Below, piece after piece: positions 11,200 through 20,851 of a stretch of 64,000 bases of DNA. A program made the translations under genes and the position numbers. Below the pieces are notes generated by a model. It saw nothing but the letters and a program-made list of their open reading frames with translations. It searched no databases and had not been told where the DNA came from. This DNA comes from Spirochaetia bacterium. GTDB lineage: Bacteria; Spirochaetota; Spirochaetia; UBA9216. Position 1 is the stretch's first letter; each line of letters starts with the position of its first letter. The stretch lies in assembly GCA_965140585.1 (NCBI GenBank), contig OZ223266.1:1-64000 (forward strand), in the 5' to 3' direction.

Positions 11200-11987
11200 T
11201 CAAGTGGGAGCCCAGACTTCAAAGTAATCTTCATTGCCATTATTAAACAGACATACAGATTTCATGATCACTGGTTTTTAAACTGATAGTTATTTCCAAG
11301 CATAGTTTTTAGAGCCTCTCTAACCTGGAAATCATAACTATAATTAATTTCAATATTCATGGTAAAACGCATAATAAAATGGTCGCATAAAGTCGAGTCA
11401 AACAAATTACTGTTTTCAATTGTTGGAAAATTATTCGATTCTGCATCTTCTTTTTTAATCAGCAGATAACGACTAAGTTCATTACTATCCGGTTTATCGA
11501 TAAGTAAACCGAAATTTGATGCCGGCATAATGGAAAGCCATTTTGCTAACAAAGGAGAGGCTTTTTTTATATTGAATTTGCTGCCAAGGTAAAGACCATA
11601 AAACACAGGACTTTTTATATTATTTATAATGCTTTTTTGATTATCCGGTGAAATAGTCTTAAGATTTACATTCAGTCGATTTATCTCCTCAAGCATTTTT
11701 TTTGTGCGGCTCAGCTGCTCTTCCAGTGCTATTGCTTGCCTGGACAGAATTTCCTGCCTGTCGGTAATTTCGGGAGTTATCAGTAATTGTTGAATATTTT
11801 CAAGTGATAAACCCATGTTTCTATAAACTCTTATCATCATGATCTTTCTTAGATCAAAAACACTGTATTTACGGTAGTTTGATTCCGGATTTCGAATGAT
11901 TTTGATAAGACCCATACGTTCATATTTACGAATCATTTCCATAGATACGCCTGTCAGGCTTGCAATTTCACTAATGCTGTACATCAT
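11200..11987 (-). pseudogene. MerR family transcriptional regulator; frameshift near the C-terminus (real or artefact)
   Basis: MerR HTH YSISEIASLTGVS..IRKYERMGLI..RNPESNYRKY. Adding one base to the T5 run at 11275-11279 extends the protein to KPVIMKSVCLFNNGNEDYFEVWAPT*, a typical effector-domain end. Confidence 0.75.
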
Positions 11988-11992
11988 TTTTC

Positions 11993-12943
11993 CTATTTTG
12001 CACTGATTGTCAGCGTAAGAATATCTTCATAATCACCTGCCGGAAGGGCAGGGCTTCCTGAATAGCTTATTCTGAGTTCTTTTGACAGCCATTCAGGAAG
12101 AGTTGTTGCATTTGAATCGGTGATGAAGGCAGAGCCTGACGACCACCCGCCTACCAGTGTTCCGTCATAAGTCAGACTGTAGTCCAGGCTTCCGGTTCCG
12201 CTGCTGTGCAGGAAAAAGGGAGCGATTGCTCCGCCTGAATCATTTTCAAGATTATAGCTCGTAACCGAAACCGTATATCCGGTTGCCGAGTTGCTTCTTT
12301 CGTTTACTGTTGCGATCAGCTTATTGCTCTGGCTTATTGTCAGATCCATGAATCTTATACCGGGTTCACGTATGCAGTAAATATCAATCAGTCTGGCCAT
12401 TCGTCCGTTCACAGTGATGCTGACGCTGTCTACCGGAACATGAGTTCCGGCGTTGGAATAGTCGCCCTCGTAAAGATAGAGGGTTATTGTGTCAGTATAT
12501 GTTCCTGCAGGAATAAACTGTCCTGAAGAGGCGTAAAAATAGATGCTGAATGTCTGAGTTTCAATAGTTGCCGCAGCGGAGGAGAAATCGGCTGAAGTAA
12601 CAACATTGGAAAGAGCCAGAACCTCGGGAGGCGCCTTGATTATTTCAGTGGAAGGAGAAGCGGACTTATAGATCTGATAGTTAAGTGTATTGCCTCCTGA
12701 AACCAGCTGCCTTGGTTCATAGGATGATGATGCTCCTTCATCAGCAGCAATAAACCAGGAGCTGATGCCGACACCCTCGTGCTCAACGGTAATATCCACT
12801 TTAACTTCGGAATTCTGCTCAAAGGAACAGTTGAGATATACACCGCCGGGAGGCGCATTGAACCCGAAGATATCGGCAGCGGGAATTCCGGCCGATATAA
12901 CTGTAAGGAAAATAAATATTTGAAGGCTTCTTTTCTTTATCAT
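11993..12943 (-). CDS. Chaperone-usher pilus tip adhesin/minor subunit with two spore-coat-U (Csu-type) domains
   Basis: Signal peptide; LNYQIY...PAGTYTDTITL and LDYSLTY...PAGDYEDILTLTISAK motifs; last gene after the usher. Confidence 0.8.
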   Translation of the reverse strand: MIKKRSLQIFIFLTVISAGIPAADIFGFNAPPGGVYLNCSFEQNSEVKVDITVEHEGVGISSWFIAADEGASSSYEPRQLVSGGNTLNYQIYKSASPSTEIIKAPPEVLALSNVVTSADFSSAAATIETQTFSIYFYASSGQFIPAGTYTDTITLYLYEGDYSNAGTHVPVDSVSITVNGRMARLIDIYCIREPGIRFMDLTISQSNKLIATVNERSNSATGYTVSVTSYNLENDSGGAIAPFFLHSSGTGSLDYSLTYDGTLVGGWSSGSAFITDSNATTLPEWLSKELRISYSGSPALPAGDYEDILTLTISAK

Positions 12944-15324
12944 CTGCCCTTGCCCTTGATTACAATAGTTCCCGAATCAAAGTATCCGGTTTCTGATTCT
13001 TTAATCTCAATTGTTTGTGTATTCTCAAATCCGGCCAGTTTAAGTATATACCTTCCGGGTTCAAGATTATAAGCCTCGAAATAGCCCTTTTTATCGGTAA
13101 AGAATTCAACAGTATGAGGTTCTCCTTCTGAAGTTTCAGCTGTAAGAATTCCGGGCTTCATCCCCAGCGCAGTACCTTCTTCATCTGTTATGTAGCCGCC
13201 TGTGTAGACTCTTATGACTATCTCGGGGTAAATGACAGCGCCAGATTTATAACTGGGGGTAAAGTGGTACATCATATTTCTGTCATCCATTCCGGGTATC
13301 AGCTCCTGTGCCTCAATATTTATCTTATTGACCGAATAGGAATTAATTCCGGACAGAACGCCCGGTGAATCACTTACAGTAATATTTGATGAAGTTCCGG
13401 GGTTTACATCAAGAATATTATCTCTGAACTGCTCTGATGGTGCAATGATGATGAATGAATCCCGAACCGGAGCAGTGAGAGCAAGGTATCCGCCGGTGTA
13501 CACTATGCCGCTCTCTGCAGAGATTGAAGTTGAATTGCTGGTTTCTTCGGCCGCGATTATAGTATCAAAATCATGTGATACATAACCGTTGAACAAACTG
13601 TGTATATATCCGGCTCTGGCTCCCAGAGAAAGTCTTTCATCAAGTTCAATAGGTATTTCGGCTGAGACATTCAGTGTGTAGTCACTTGCAGCATCCGATG
13701 CGTATTTGTTCCAGTAGGCTGAGAGTTTCTGAGTGTCCAGGTTTTCAAGAAGATAGAGGTTCTGGTTAACCTCGGGGAAGGATGAAGAGAAGCTTACGGT
13801 TCCTGAGAATGCGGGACCCTCATCCCATTCAACACCTACAGTTGCAGAAATGGAACTTCCGCCGCGTATGCTTTTCTTAAAGGAGCCTCTAAGCTTGAAT
13901 ACATTCTTTGCTTCTTCAATCCGGTATTCCCAGAAGAATCTAGGTGTGAGGCTGAAACCTCCCGGGAACAGGAGTGTTGTGTAATTATCAGAGTAGAAAG
14001 ATGATACTGTCTCCGGTGCGTATAGAATGGCATCGGTACGGTAGCCTGTTGTAGTTCCGAAATTCCAGTAGTAATCATTTCCGGTATTCAGATACTGGTA
14101 TCCAAGTTCAACCGCAGTCTTCATTCCACCGCCGAAGATCATTCCCCATTCCGGATACAGTCTGAATGTTCCGAAGTTAGTCGAATAAAGAAAGTCTGCT
14201 GCAATACTGATTTCAGAGTTGTCTGAATTATATCCCTCCGTCAGTCCCATTGTCAGGCTGTCGGTCAGCCCGGCATACTGATGGGATGAAACCACCGGAA
14301 GAACGATGTTCCGGTCGGGAATTCCTGCCGAGATACCCATATCAAGTTCGCCGGTTTTCAGAAGACTGTTTTCATACGGGATGATCATTTCCTCTGTATG
14401 CGGACCTTCACTGTCCTGCCATTTTATGGATATTCTGTTAATACCTCGAGACAGCTGAAAATCATTGAAGATGTAGGTTCCGCTCTGATAATCAGCTTCC
14501 TTAATTTTAATATCGTTGAGGTATATTTCAACCCTTGAAGGTTCGCGAAGAAAGATCTCCTTGGTGTATGGAAGGCTGTCGTCATAATCAGGATCGATGC
14601 GGGTATTCCGCCGGAATGAGGCTCCGGTTATATTTGATATGCCTGTTAACCCGGTTACAGGCCAGGAAACATCACCAATCTCAAGGGTGTAGGATAAGGC
14701 GCTGAAGTCATGGATAACCCTGGCATAATCAAGAAAAAAAGGTTCCGAGCCGCTCCTTACTCCTCCGCGAACTTCAGCTATCCAGTCATAGATATTCATT
14801 CCAAGCTCGGGTGTCACAGAGTAATCGAATGTTATGGTTTCATAGATAATTCGACTCCACAGCCCGAGATTGAAAAAGGCGCTGAAATCCTGTTTTGTTA
14901 TTTCTTTTCCGGCGGGTGCAACTTCTTTTCCTGTAAGCGATATCACATTCTCACGGCGAAGATGTGCCGGTATATATACATGTAGAGTGAGATCTTCAAA
15001 CTTGAAAACTATTCTCACGCCCAGGCCGCCCATATCGGTGAGGTTTAGCCAGCCTTCCGCCGGAAAGATCATTTCTGCAGTCTGTATGGTTTCCTCGGAA
15101 AGCAGATCTCTAAGATATGCTATCAGTTCAGAAGGTCGAAGCTGGACTGATTCGTCAGGCAGAATTGCAGCTGAAATCTCACCGGCATATATGTCGTCAA
15201 TATAGAGCGGTACTGGTACAGTGTCTGCGTCCTGAGCGCCCAGAAAAGGACAGGGGAAAAGTATGATGAATACAAGGTATAGAGGGAAAATTAATGCTTT
15301 TCCGGATTTATTCCCTTTTCTCAT
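12940..15324 (-). CDS. Fimbrial outer-membrane usher protein
   Basis: 794 aa with signal peptide; EIGDV..P, PSRVEIYLND..GTY..DFQL..G.N and SLLK.GE segments; C-terminal FFTD..GYFE..NLEPGRY; lies between the chaperone and adhesin genes. Confidence 0.8.
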   Translation of the reverse strand: MRKGNKSGKALIFPLYLVFIILFPCPFLGAQDADTVPVPLYIDDIYAGEISAAILPDESVQLRPSELIAYLRDLLSEETIQTAEMIFPAEGWLNLTDMGGLGVRIVFKFEDLTLHVYIPAHLRRENVISLTGKEVAPAGKEITKQDFSAFFNLGLWSRIIYETITFDYSVTPELGMNIYDWIAEVRGGVRSGSEPFFLDYARVIHDFSALSYTLEIGDVSWPVTGLTGISNITGASFRRNTRIDPDYDDSLPYTKEIFLREPSRVEIYLNDIKIKEADYQSGTYIFNDFQLSRGINRISIKWQDSEGPHTEEMIIPYENSLLKTGELDMGISAGIPDRNIVLPVVSSHQYAGLTDSLTMGLTEGYNSDNSEISIAADFLYSTNFGTFRLYPEWGMIFGGGMKTAVELGYQYLNTGNDYYWNFGTTTGYRTDAILYAPETVSSFYSDNYTTLLFPGGFSLTPRFFWEYRIEEAKNVFKLRGSFKKSIRGGSSISATVGVEWDEGPAFSGTVSFSSSFPEVNQNLYLLENLDTQKLSAYWNKYASDAASDYTLNVSAEIPIELDERLSLGARAGYIHSLFNGYVSHDFDTIIAAEETSNSTSISAESGIVYTGGYLALTAPVRDSFIIIAPSEQFRDNILDVNPGTSSNITVSDSPGVLSGINSYSVNKINIEAQELIPGMDDRNMMYHFTPSYKSGAVIYPEIVIRVYTGGYITDEEGTALGMKPGILTAETSEGEPHTVEFFTDKKGYFEAYNLEPGRYILKLAGFENTQTIEIKESETGYFDSGTIVIKGKGR

Positions 15325-15338
15325 ATATTCCGCTGTCT

Positions 15339-16082
15339 TTAATATGTTGGTTTATATTTTATTGTTCCGTAAAGAGGGCCGTCCCATAAGCTTTCAGGTA
15401 GGGGGATATAAAAAACCCGCTGTATTCCTGCGAGCATATTTTCTCCGGTGAGTCCCTGCATTTTTTCATCGGTGAGTTTTAGAGGAGATGGATCATTTTC
15501 ATCCCGTTTGAGTGTCAGCTCAGCCTCGCGCAAAAGTGAATGCCTTGTCCCTTTATTGGTCAGTTCGACAGCCAGAAGGGATCTTCCTTCCCTTGTTACG
15601 CGTTTTACAGAATCAACGACTATGTCATCGATTGCTGTATCAGGAACAATATAAACATTGCCCTCATAGCGGTAGGTAAGCTCGATTCTGCCCCCGTCAA
15701 CAGGAGTTGATTCAGTGAACTCAACCGGAACCTGTTCTGCAATAATTCTGAATGTCTGTTCTTCGGAAAGTTCCTGTTCACCGGTCCATTTAACCCTTAT
15801 ACTTCTTGCCTCCCCGGCTTCTAGAATCATCTGACGCGGGTAGATGATGAACTTGTCGGTTTCTTCACCCTGAATTTCTGTTCCGTCATATTCAATCGAT
15901 CTGGGATGAATACTTACGGATACGGCAATTTTATCATTACCGGTATTTACTACCCTGAAAACGCGGTTTGCTCCGCGTCCGTAGGGTGTAAAGTCCTGAG
16001 AGATAGGCTCAAAATTAAAAGCCTGCAGCTGAAAAGTGACAGCTAAAAGCAGAAGAGGCAGGATGATTTTTTTCAGCTGCAT
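15339..16082 (-). CDS. Periplasmic fimbrial chaperone (PapD-like fold)
   Basis: Signal peptide; F.V.N, IYPRQMILEAGEARSIRVKW, E..FRII.EQVP and NKGTRH motifs. Confidence 0.88.
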   Translation of the reverse strand: MQLKKIILPLLLLAVTFQLQAFNFEPISQDFTPYGRGANRVFRVVNTGNDKIAVSVSIHPRSIEYDGTEIQGEETDKFIIYPRQMILEAGEARSIRVKWTGEQELSEEQTFRIIAEQVPVEFTESTPVDGGRIELTYRYEGNVYIVPDTAIDDIVVDSVKRVTREGRSLLAVELTNKGTRHSLLREAELTLKRDENDPSPLKLTDEKMQGLTGENMLAGIQRVFYIPLPESLWDGPLYGTIKYKPTY

Positions 16083-16086
16083 TAGT

Positions 16087-16590
16087 TTATTTTGCCCTCA
16101 GTACAATAGTGAGCTGATCAGAGTAGTAACCTGCAGGATGACTGGCAGATTGAGTATAGGTGATGTCAAGACTCTGAGCAGTGTCGGTTGTTGCAGCTGC
16201 GGCCTGTCCGAAGAGGACTCCGGCTGTTGATGGAGCTGTGGTTGCAACACCGCCTGTACCCGCGTAGGTCAGGGTATATGCTATGCTGTCAGTATCATCA
16301 TTATCGATAGATCCACCGTTAACCGAGAATATCCATAATTCCCAGCCTGCTGTATTGTTGGTAGATATTGTTATGTCAGCCAGATTTTCTGTAGTTGAAG
16401 TGTCAGCACCGGTGGTGGTGAGCGGAAGATTGTCCGCGGCAGCGTCAGGGGTTACTGTGAGGTTGAGGATCAACGGAACAGTTCCTCCGATGTTTATGGT
16501 ATCGCCGTTTGATGCAAATACTGCTGTTGCAGTCAGCAAAAGAACCACAAACATCGTTAACATTTTTAAAAGCTTTCCATGGTTGCACAT
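16087..16590 (-). CDS. Major pilin of chaperone-usher pilus
   Basis: Signal peptide ending AVFA; N-terminal donor-strand-like DTINIGGTV; C-terminal PAGYYSDQLTIVL; GGAGG RBS; first gene of the operon. Confidence 0.8.
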   Translation of the reverse strand: MCNHGKLLKMLTMFVVLLLTATAVFASNGDTINIGGTVPLILNLTVTPDAAADNLPLTTTGADTSTTENLADITISTNNTAGWELWIFSVNGGSIDNDDTDSIAYTLTYAGTGGVATTAPSTAGVLFGQAAAATTDTAQSLDITYTQSASHPAGYYSDQLTIVLRAK

Positions 16591-16774
16591 AGTTTCCTCC
16601 GTGTAAGTTAATGGTTCTTTTTTGTTATATATTCAAATATTAATACTAATACATGGACAAAATCAAATAAATAAAAAAAAAAGTGCGGATCCTGGTAAAG
16701 ATACTGCATTTTTACAGCCATATTTTAAAAAATTGTTAAAAAAATAATACAAGTACCCCTATAAAAAGTTGACA

Positions 16775-17050
16775 GCTGATAATTTATGCTTTTCTGTTGA
16801 TTCTAACTGTAATTCTTGTTGCCGGTGTATTTACATCAGGTGATCAGGAAGGCGGGAAAAAATGAGGTCCGTAACACTCAAGTTTAACTCTTTACTGTCC
16901 AGTAATGGATCCTGACTACGGATACTGGTCTGAATTCTGCAACTATATAGCTGAAACTTCAAAAGGTACGCTGGGATGTTGATATTTATCCTACTGAATC
17001 ACTCGGTAGAACAATTGACATGATAGGAGCTATTTCACAGGGTGTCCCCC
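16775..17050 (+). pseudogene. Relic of TRAP substrate-binding protein (DctP), N-terminal part
   Basis: Broken frames read LLILTVILVAGVFTSGDQEGGK, VTLKFNSL and ETSKGTL/VDIYPTESLGRTIDMIGAISQG. Boundaries are approximate. Confidence 0.65.
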
Positions 17051-17089
17051 TATCCTTCAGGATTGTGCTCCCAGTCCCACCTTTCAGAC

Positions 17090-17315
17090 TGCGCTGATGA
17101 TTACCGTATCCTTTGTTTCAAAGAAAAGGGGATATAAACCCTCAAGAGATAAGAAAGCGTCGGGTAAAGAGATCTTCAAGCAGTTTAAAGAATCAATCTG
17201 GGCATTTTTTTCTGCCTTTCGGAATTCTTATGGGGACTTCGTATGGGTATGATTTCTCCATCCGGGGCAGGGAGCCATATCTGTAGTTTATGCAGTCCTT
17301 ATAGGAGTTTTTATT
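17090..17315 (+). pseudogene. Relic of TRAP large permease (DctM), internal fragment
   Basis: Fragments ALMITVSFVSKKRGYKPSRDKKASGKEIFKQFKESIWAF and GAISVVYAVLIGVFI. Boundaries are approximate. Confidence 0.7.
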
Positions 17316-17319
17316 CCCC

Positions 17320-18060
17320 ATGGACATTGATTATGTTTTCATGAATGCTTTTTTATGAAGAGATTATACGCGGTATTATTAAAGGAGGCTGACAGTAAAG
17401 GATTCTATATTCCTTCTATATAATAATGTCACAATAATAACTATCTGGATGTAATCTACCAGAACCGGATAGACGGTCCTTTTGTTATCAGCCCAGGTCT
17501 TAATCACATGGATATTCTTGATAATATCAAAGGAAACAGGAATACCTACGATTCTTACATCAAGGATGCCGTGTAATACAAATGTACCCCATGTCTGTGT
17601 AAACAACTACAAGGGGGGCCATGATTGCCGTAGAGCATCTAATCTCTCTTTGACATGAGAGGATTTGTTTTATAAAACGGTCCTCAGTTTCTTTCCAGTA
17701 GTACAAACCAACTTCAGGGGATACAGAGATGCTATGAATAATCACGGTCCTTTAGGTAAAAGAAGAATATATTAGAAACTAGTGCCAATAATATTGACAG
17801 CGGGGATGGTGATAATGAAGCCGCTTCTTGAAGAAGTTGACCTAACTGCTGTATTTGTCGCCGGAGACTTTATGGCATTCGGTGTAATGAATGAAATTCA
17901 GGAGAAGGGGCTGAAAATACCTGATGATATTTCTGTGATTGACTTTGATGATATCGCAATGGCCAAAGTCATGAACTCTCCGCTGACTACCATAAATCAG
18001 GCAACCTACGATAAGGGACGTCCGGGTGTTGAACTCCTGGTTACGATAAGAAAGTTATGG
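17320..18060 (+). pseudogene. Relic of LacI family regulator (no HTH seen; frameshifts and stops)
   Basis: Fragments NVPHVCVNNYKG/AMIAVEHLISL*HERICF and LTAVFVAGDFMAFGVMNEIQEKGLKIPDDISVIDFDD..PLTTINQ. Confidence 0.75.
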
Positions 18061-18094
18061 AACTTTCCGGTGAAAAGGGGGGTAAGCGGGTTTT

Positions 18095-18315
18095 TGAAGT
18101 ATCGGTAGCGCTTCGTGAAATAGAACTTAAGGGCGTATGAATTCATCCTTATAATCATTTCCGTGCAGCTGCAGAGATCATAAACCAGGGAAAGATTAAC
18201 AATAAGCTTAATAAACGGGTCAGCAGAGTATATCAGGTTGAAGATGCCATGAATGCCTTTGACGATATTCACAAAGATATAATCACTGTAAAGGCGCTTT
18301 AATTCAGTTCTCATA
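18095..18315 (+). pseudogene. Relic C-terminus of a zinc-dependent (MDR) dehydrogenase
   Basis: Fragments REIELKGV* and FRAAAEIINQGKI..VSRVYQVEDAMNAFD..TVKAL. Confidence 0.55.
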
Positions 18316-18324
18316 GGAGAAGAA

Positions 18325-18760
18325 ATGACATCTAAAGAAAGAGTATTAACTGCTTATGAACACAAGGAGGCTGACAGGGTCCCGATGTTGTAAAGAAGAT
18401 TGGTCATGACCTTTTCACTACAGAGCTTGATCAGGCAACCGGCCACTGGAGCAAGTTTACCTACGAGAAATCGTGATGGAAGTAGATTCCTACGAGAAGC
18501 AGGATGGTGAGAAGGGCGAGGATTTTTTTCATATGGCCAAGATTCCCAATCTCATTCCTTCAGGCAGAAGCTGGTATACAGAGTCGACGGTGTGCTAATT
18601 GCAGTAGGCTGGGCTATGAACTCAGGACCGATAATGCCTCCGTATTATATAGAAGAGTTTATGGTTCTCCAGGTAAATACGATTGCAGATTACTGCAGAT
18701 TCAGTGATGGCAATGGTAGAGACTGTTGAGAAATACGGAATTTATCCGATAGATTGTTAG
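18325..18760 (+). pseudogene. Relic of UroD/MtaA-family protein; both termini kept, middle largely deleted
   Basis: AGGAG RBS followed by MTSKERVLTAYEHKEADRVPM; C-terminus AMVETVEKYGIYPIDC*; only about 435 bp in total. Confidence 0.7.
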
Positions 18761-18787
18761 AGAATAAGAGATAGTAAGTTATGAGAA

Positions 18788-18818
18788 CGGTAAGGATTTA
18801 GTCTTTACAGTTTTTTTT
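18788..18818 (+). terminator. Intrinsic terminator of the relic operon
   Basis: GTAAGGA-tttag-TCTTTAC hairpin followed by T8. Confidence 0.5.
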
Positions 18819-18827
18819 GCCGCAATT

Positions 18828-18862
18828 AAAAAAAGGACCGGACAATGATTGTCCAGCCCCTT
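18828..18862 (-). terminator. Intrinsic terminator of fucI
   Basis: Minus strand reads GGGCTGGACAA-tca-TTGTCCGGTCC-TTTTTTT. Confidence 0.8.
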
Positions 18863-18911
18863 ACAGATTCAATTGAATCAAGTCGTCCTAATAATAAAAT
18901 CCTTATGGAGT

Positions 18912-20717
18912 TTATTTATATATTGGTCCGAAGTTTCCGCAGGCTCTGTAGTCTGCACCTTCTTTGTCCATACCGAATGAATTCCATACTGCAGGCCTGA
19001 AGATTCTTTCATCTTCAACGTTATGCATGCATACAGGAATCCTCAGCATAGAACATAGTGTTATCAGTTTATCGCCGATATGTCCATAGCTGATGGCGCC
19101 ATGGTTTGCACCCCAATTTGCCATTACAGAATATACATCCTTGAAAGCCCCGTCCTTTCCTGTCACTCTTGGCGCGAACCAGGTGGTCGGCCATGTAGGA
19201 TTGGTTCTGACATCGAGAGTCTTATGTGCTTTCTCGGGTATTGTTACAGTCCAGCCTTCAGCAAGTTGAAGAACAGGTCCAAGCCCCTTGATTATGTTCA
19301 CGCGGCTCATAGTAATAGGCATATCACCCTTCGTGAGGAAGTCGGTTGAATAGCCGCCGCCTCTGAAGTATCCACCGTCGCCGACACAGAACTCGGTTGC
19401 TTCAAGACATTTTTTAACTTCATCTTCTGTAATATCCCAGAAAGGTTTCATTACGGGCTTGCCGTCTTTATCCGTCTGTTCACCTGTTCCGTCAAGGGTT
19501 GTCGAGCCGGAGTTTATCAGGTGGATAAGACCGTCAGCAGCCTTACCTTCAGGTTTCCATCCTGTTACTCTTTCAATTGCTTCCGGGCTCCAGTAAGTTC
19601 TTACATCGCTGAAGATTTGAGCTGTATCTGTGAGAAGGTGGCCGAAAAGCATGGGGACAGCATTAAGTGCATCGTTTTCAGTGGCAAAAACGAAGGCTTC
19701 ACGTATTCCGTTCCAGTCAAAGGATGTATTGAGCATGGTTTCCATGAAGTCGCCGTTGGGGTAGTGGTCGGTCCATGATCTCTGGCCCTGAAATCCGCCT
19801 GCGATTGCATTGCGGCCCATGGCCTCTTCTCCATATCCCATCTCTGCAAGCTTGGGATTGCCTACCATAAGGTCCCGGCCTATCATAACCATCTTGGTTA
19901 CATATTCCCAATCGCTCTGGCGCTGTTCGGGTGAGCGTCTCCACTCAGGAGGATTAACAGTGTCTTCCTGCTCTTTGCAGTTCTTTTTTACCCATTCAAG
20001 AGCTATTTTAAACTCATCTTTGTCGTAGATATCCTCTTCGACACGGCGGGCAACTTCACTCATGTCAACTACTTCGGTCCGCATTCCAAGATATTCCTGG
20101 AAAAAATCCTGGTCTACAATTGATCCTGCAATACCCATAGAGGTTCCGCCGATTGAAAGGTATGATTTACCCTTCATGTAGGCTACAGCCAGTCCGGCCT
20201 TTGAGAATGAGAGCAGTTTGCCTTTAACGTCTTCAGGAATTGATGTATCGTCAGAGTCCTGAACATCACGTCCGTAAATACCGAATGCGGGCAGGCCCTT
20301 CTGGGCATAACCGGCAAGAGCTGCGGCAAGATAAACCGCACCCGGGCGTTCTGTACCGTTAAATCCCCATACAGCTTTCGGCAGGTTGGGATCGGCATCC
20401 ATTACCTCGGTTCCATAGCACCAGCAGGGGGTTACTGTAAGGGAAACACCTACACCTTCTCTGGCGAATTTCTCAGCGCACTGAGCCGCTTCTGCAACTC
20501 CGCCTATTGTTGTATCGGAAATAACGCATTCAACAGGAAGTCCGTTGGGATGCCTGAGATTTTCAGTAATTAATTTTGCGGCTGATGCAGCCATGTTCAT
20601 AGTCTGGACTTCGAGTGATTCGCGTACACCCCTCATCCTTCCGTCAATAACAGGACGTATGCCGATTTTAGGCATTTCGCCTTTTAGTCTGTTTTTGAAT
20701 TCCTTTCCTGTACTCAT
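18912..20717 (-). CDS. fucI: L-fucose isomerase
   Basis: Motifs [47 protein letters not shown] and NWGANHG; GGAG RBS before the ATG at 20717. Confidence 0.97.
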   Translation of the reverse strand: MSTGKEFKNRLKGEMPKIGIRPVIDGRMRGVRESLEVQTMNMAASAAKLITENLRHPNGLPVECVISDTTIGGVAEAAQCAEKFAREGVGVSLTVTPCWCYGTEVMDADPNLPKAVWGFNGTERPGAVYLAAALAGYAQKGLPAFGIYGRDVQDSDDTSIPEDVKGKLLSFSKAGLAVAYMKGKSYLSIGGTSMGIAGSIVDQDFFQEYLGMRTEVVDMSEVARRVEEDIYDKDEFKIALEWVKKNCKEQEDTVNPPEWRRSPEQRQSDWEYVTKMVMIGRDLMVGNPKLAEMGYGEEAMGRNAIAGGFQGQRSWTDHYPNGDFMETMLNTSFDWNGIREAFVFATENDALNAVPMLFGHLLTDTAQIFSDVRTYWSPEAIERVTGWKPEGKAADGLIHLINSGSTTLDGTGEQTDKDGKPVMKPFWDITEDEVKKCLEATEFCVGDGGYFRGGGYSTDFLTKGDMPITMSRVNIIKGLGPVLQLAEGWTVTIPEKAHKTLDVRTNPTWPTTWFAPRVTGKDGAFKDVYSVMANWGANHGAISYGHIGDKLITLCSMLRIPVCMHNVEDERIFRPAVWNSFGMDKEGADYRACGNFGPIYK

Positions 20718-20753
20718 CAGAAAAAACTCCTTAAACTGTCGATAATCAAGAGT

Positions 20754-20777
20754 ATAAATGTAATCGATTACATTTAT
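20754..20777. promoter_or_regulatory. LacI-type operator upstream of fucI
   Basis: Perfect 24-bp palindrome ATAAATGTAATCGATTACATTTAT with central CG, lying between the LacI gene and fucI. Confidence 0.85.
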
Positions 20778-20851
20778 TATCCACCGATTTAAAATAAAAA
20801 TCAAGAAAAATCTGTCTGCAAATTTAAGTATTATTCAGGATGGGTTGAAAT

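Noticed and set aside
20718-20804. Extended fucI start given in the ORF track
   Set aside because: It runs through the operator and promoter; the RBS and homology support the ATG at 20717.
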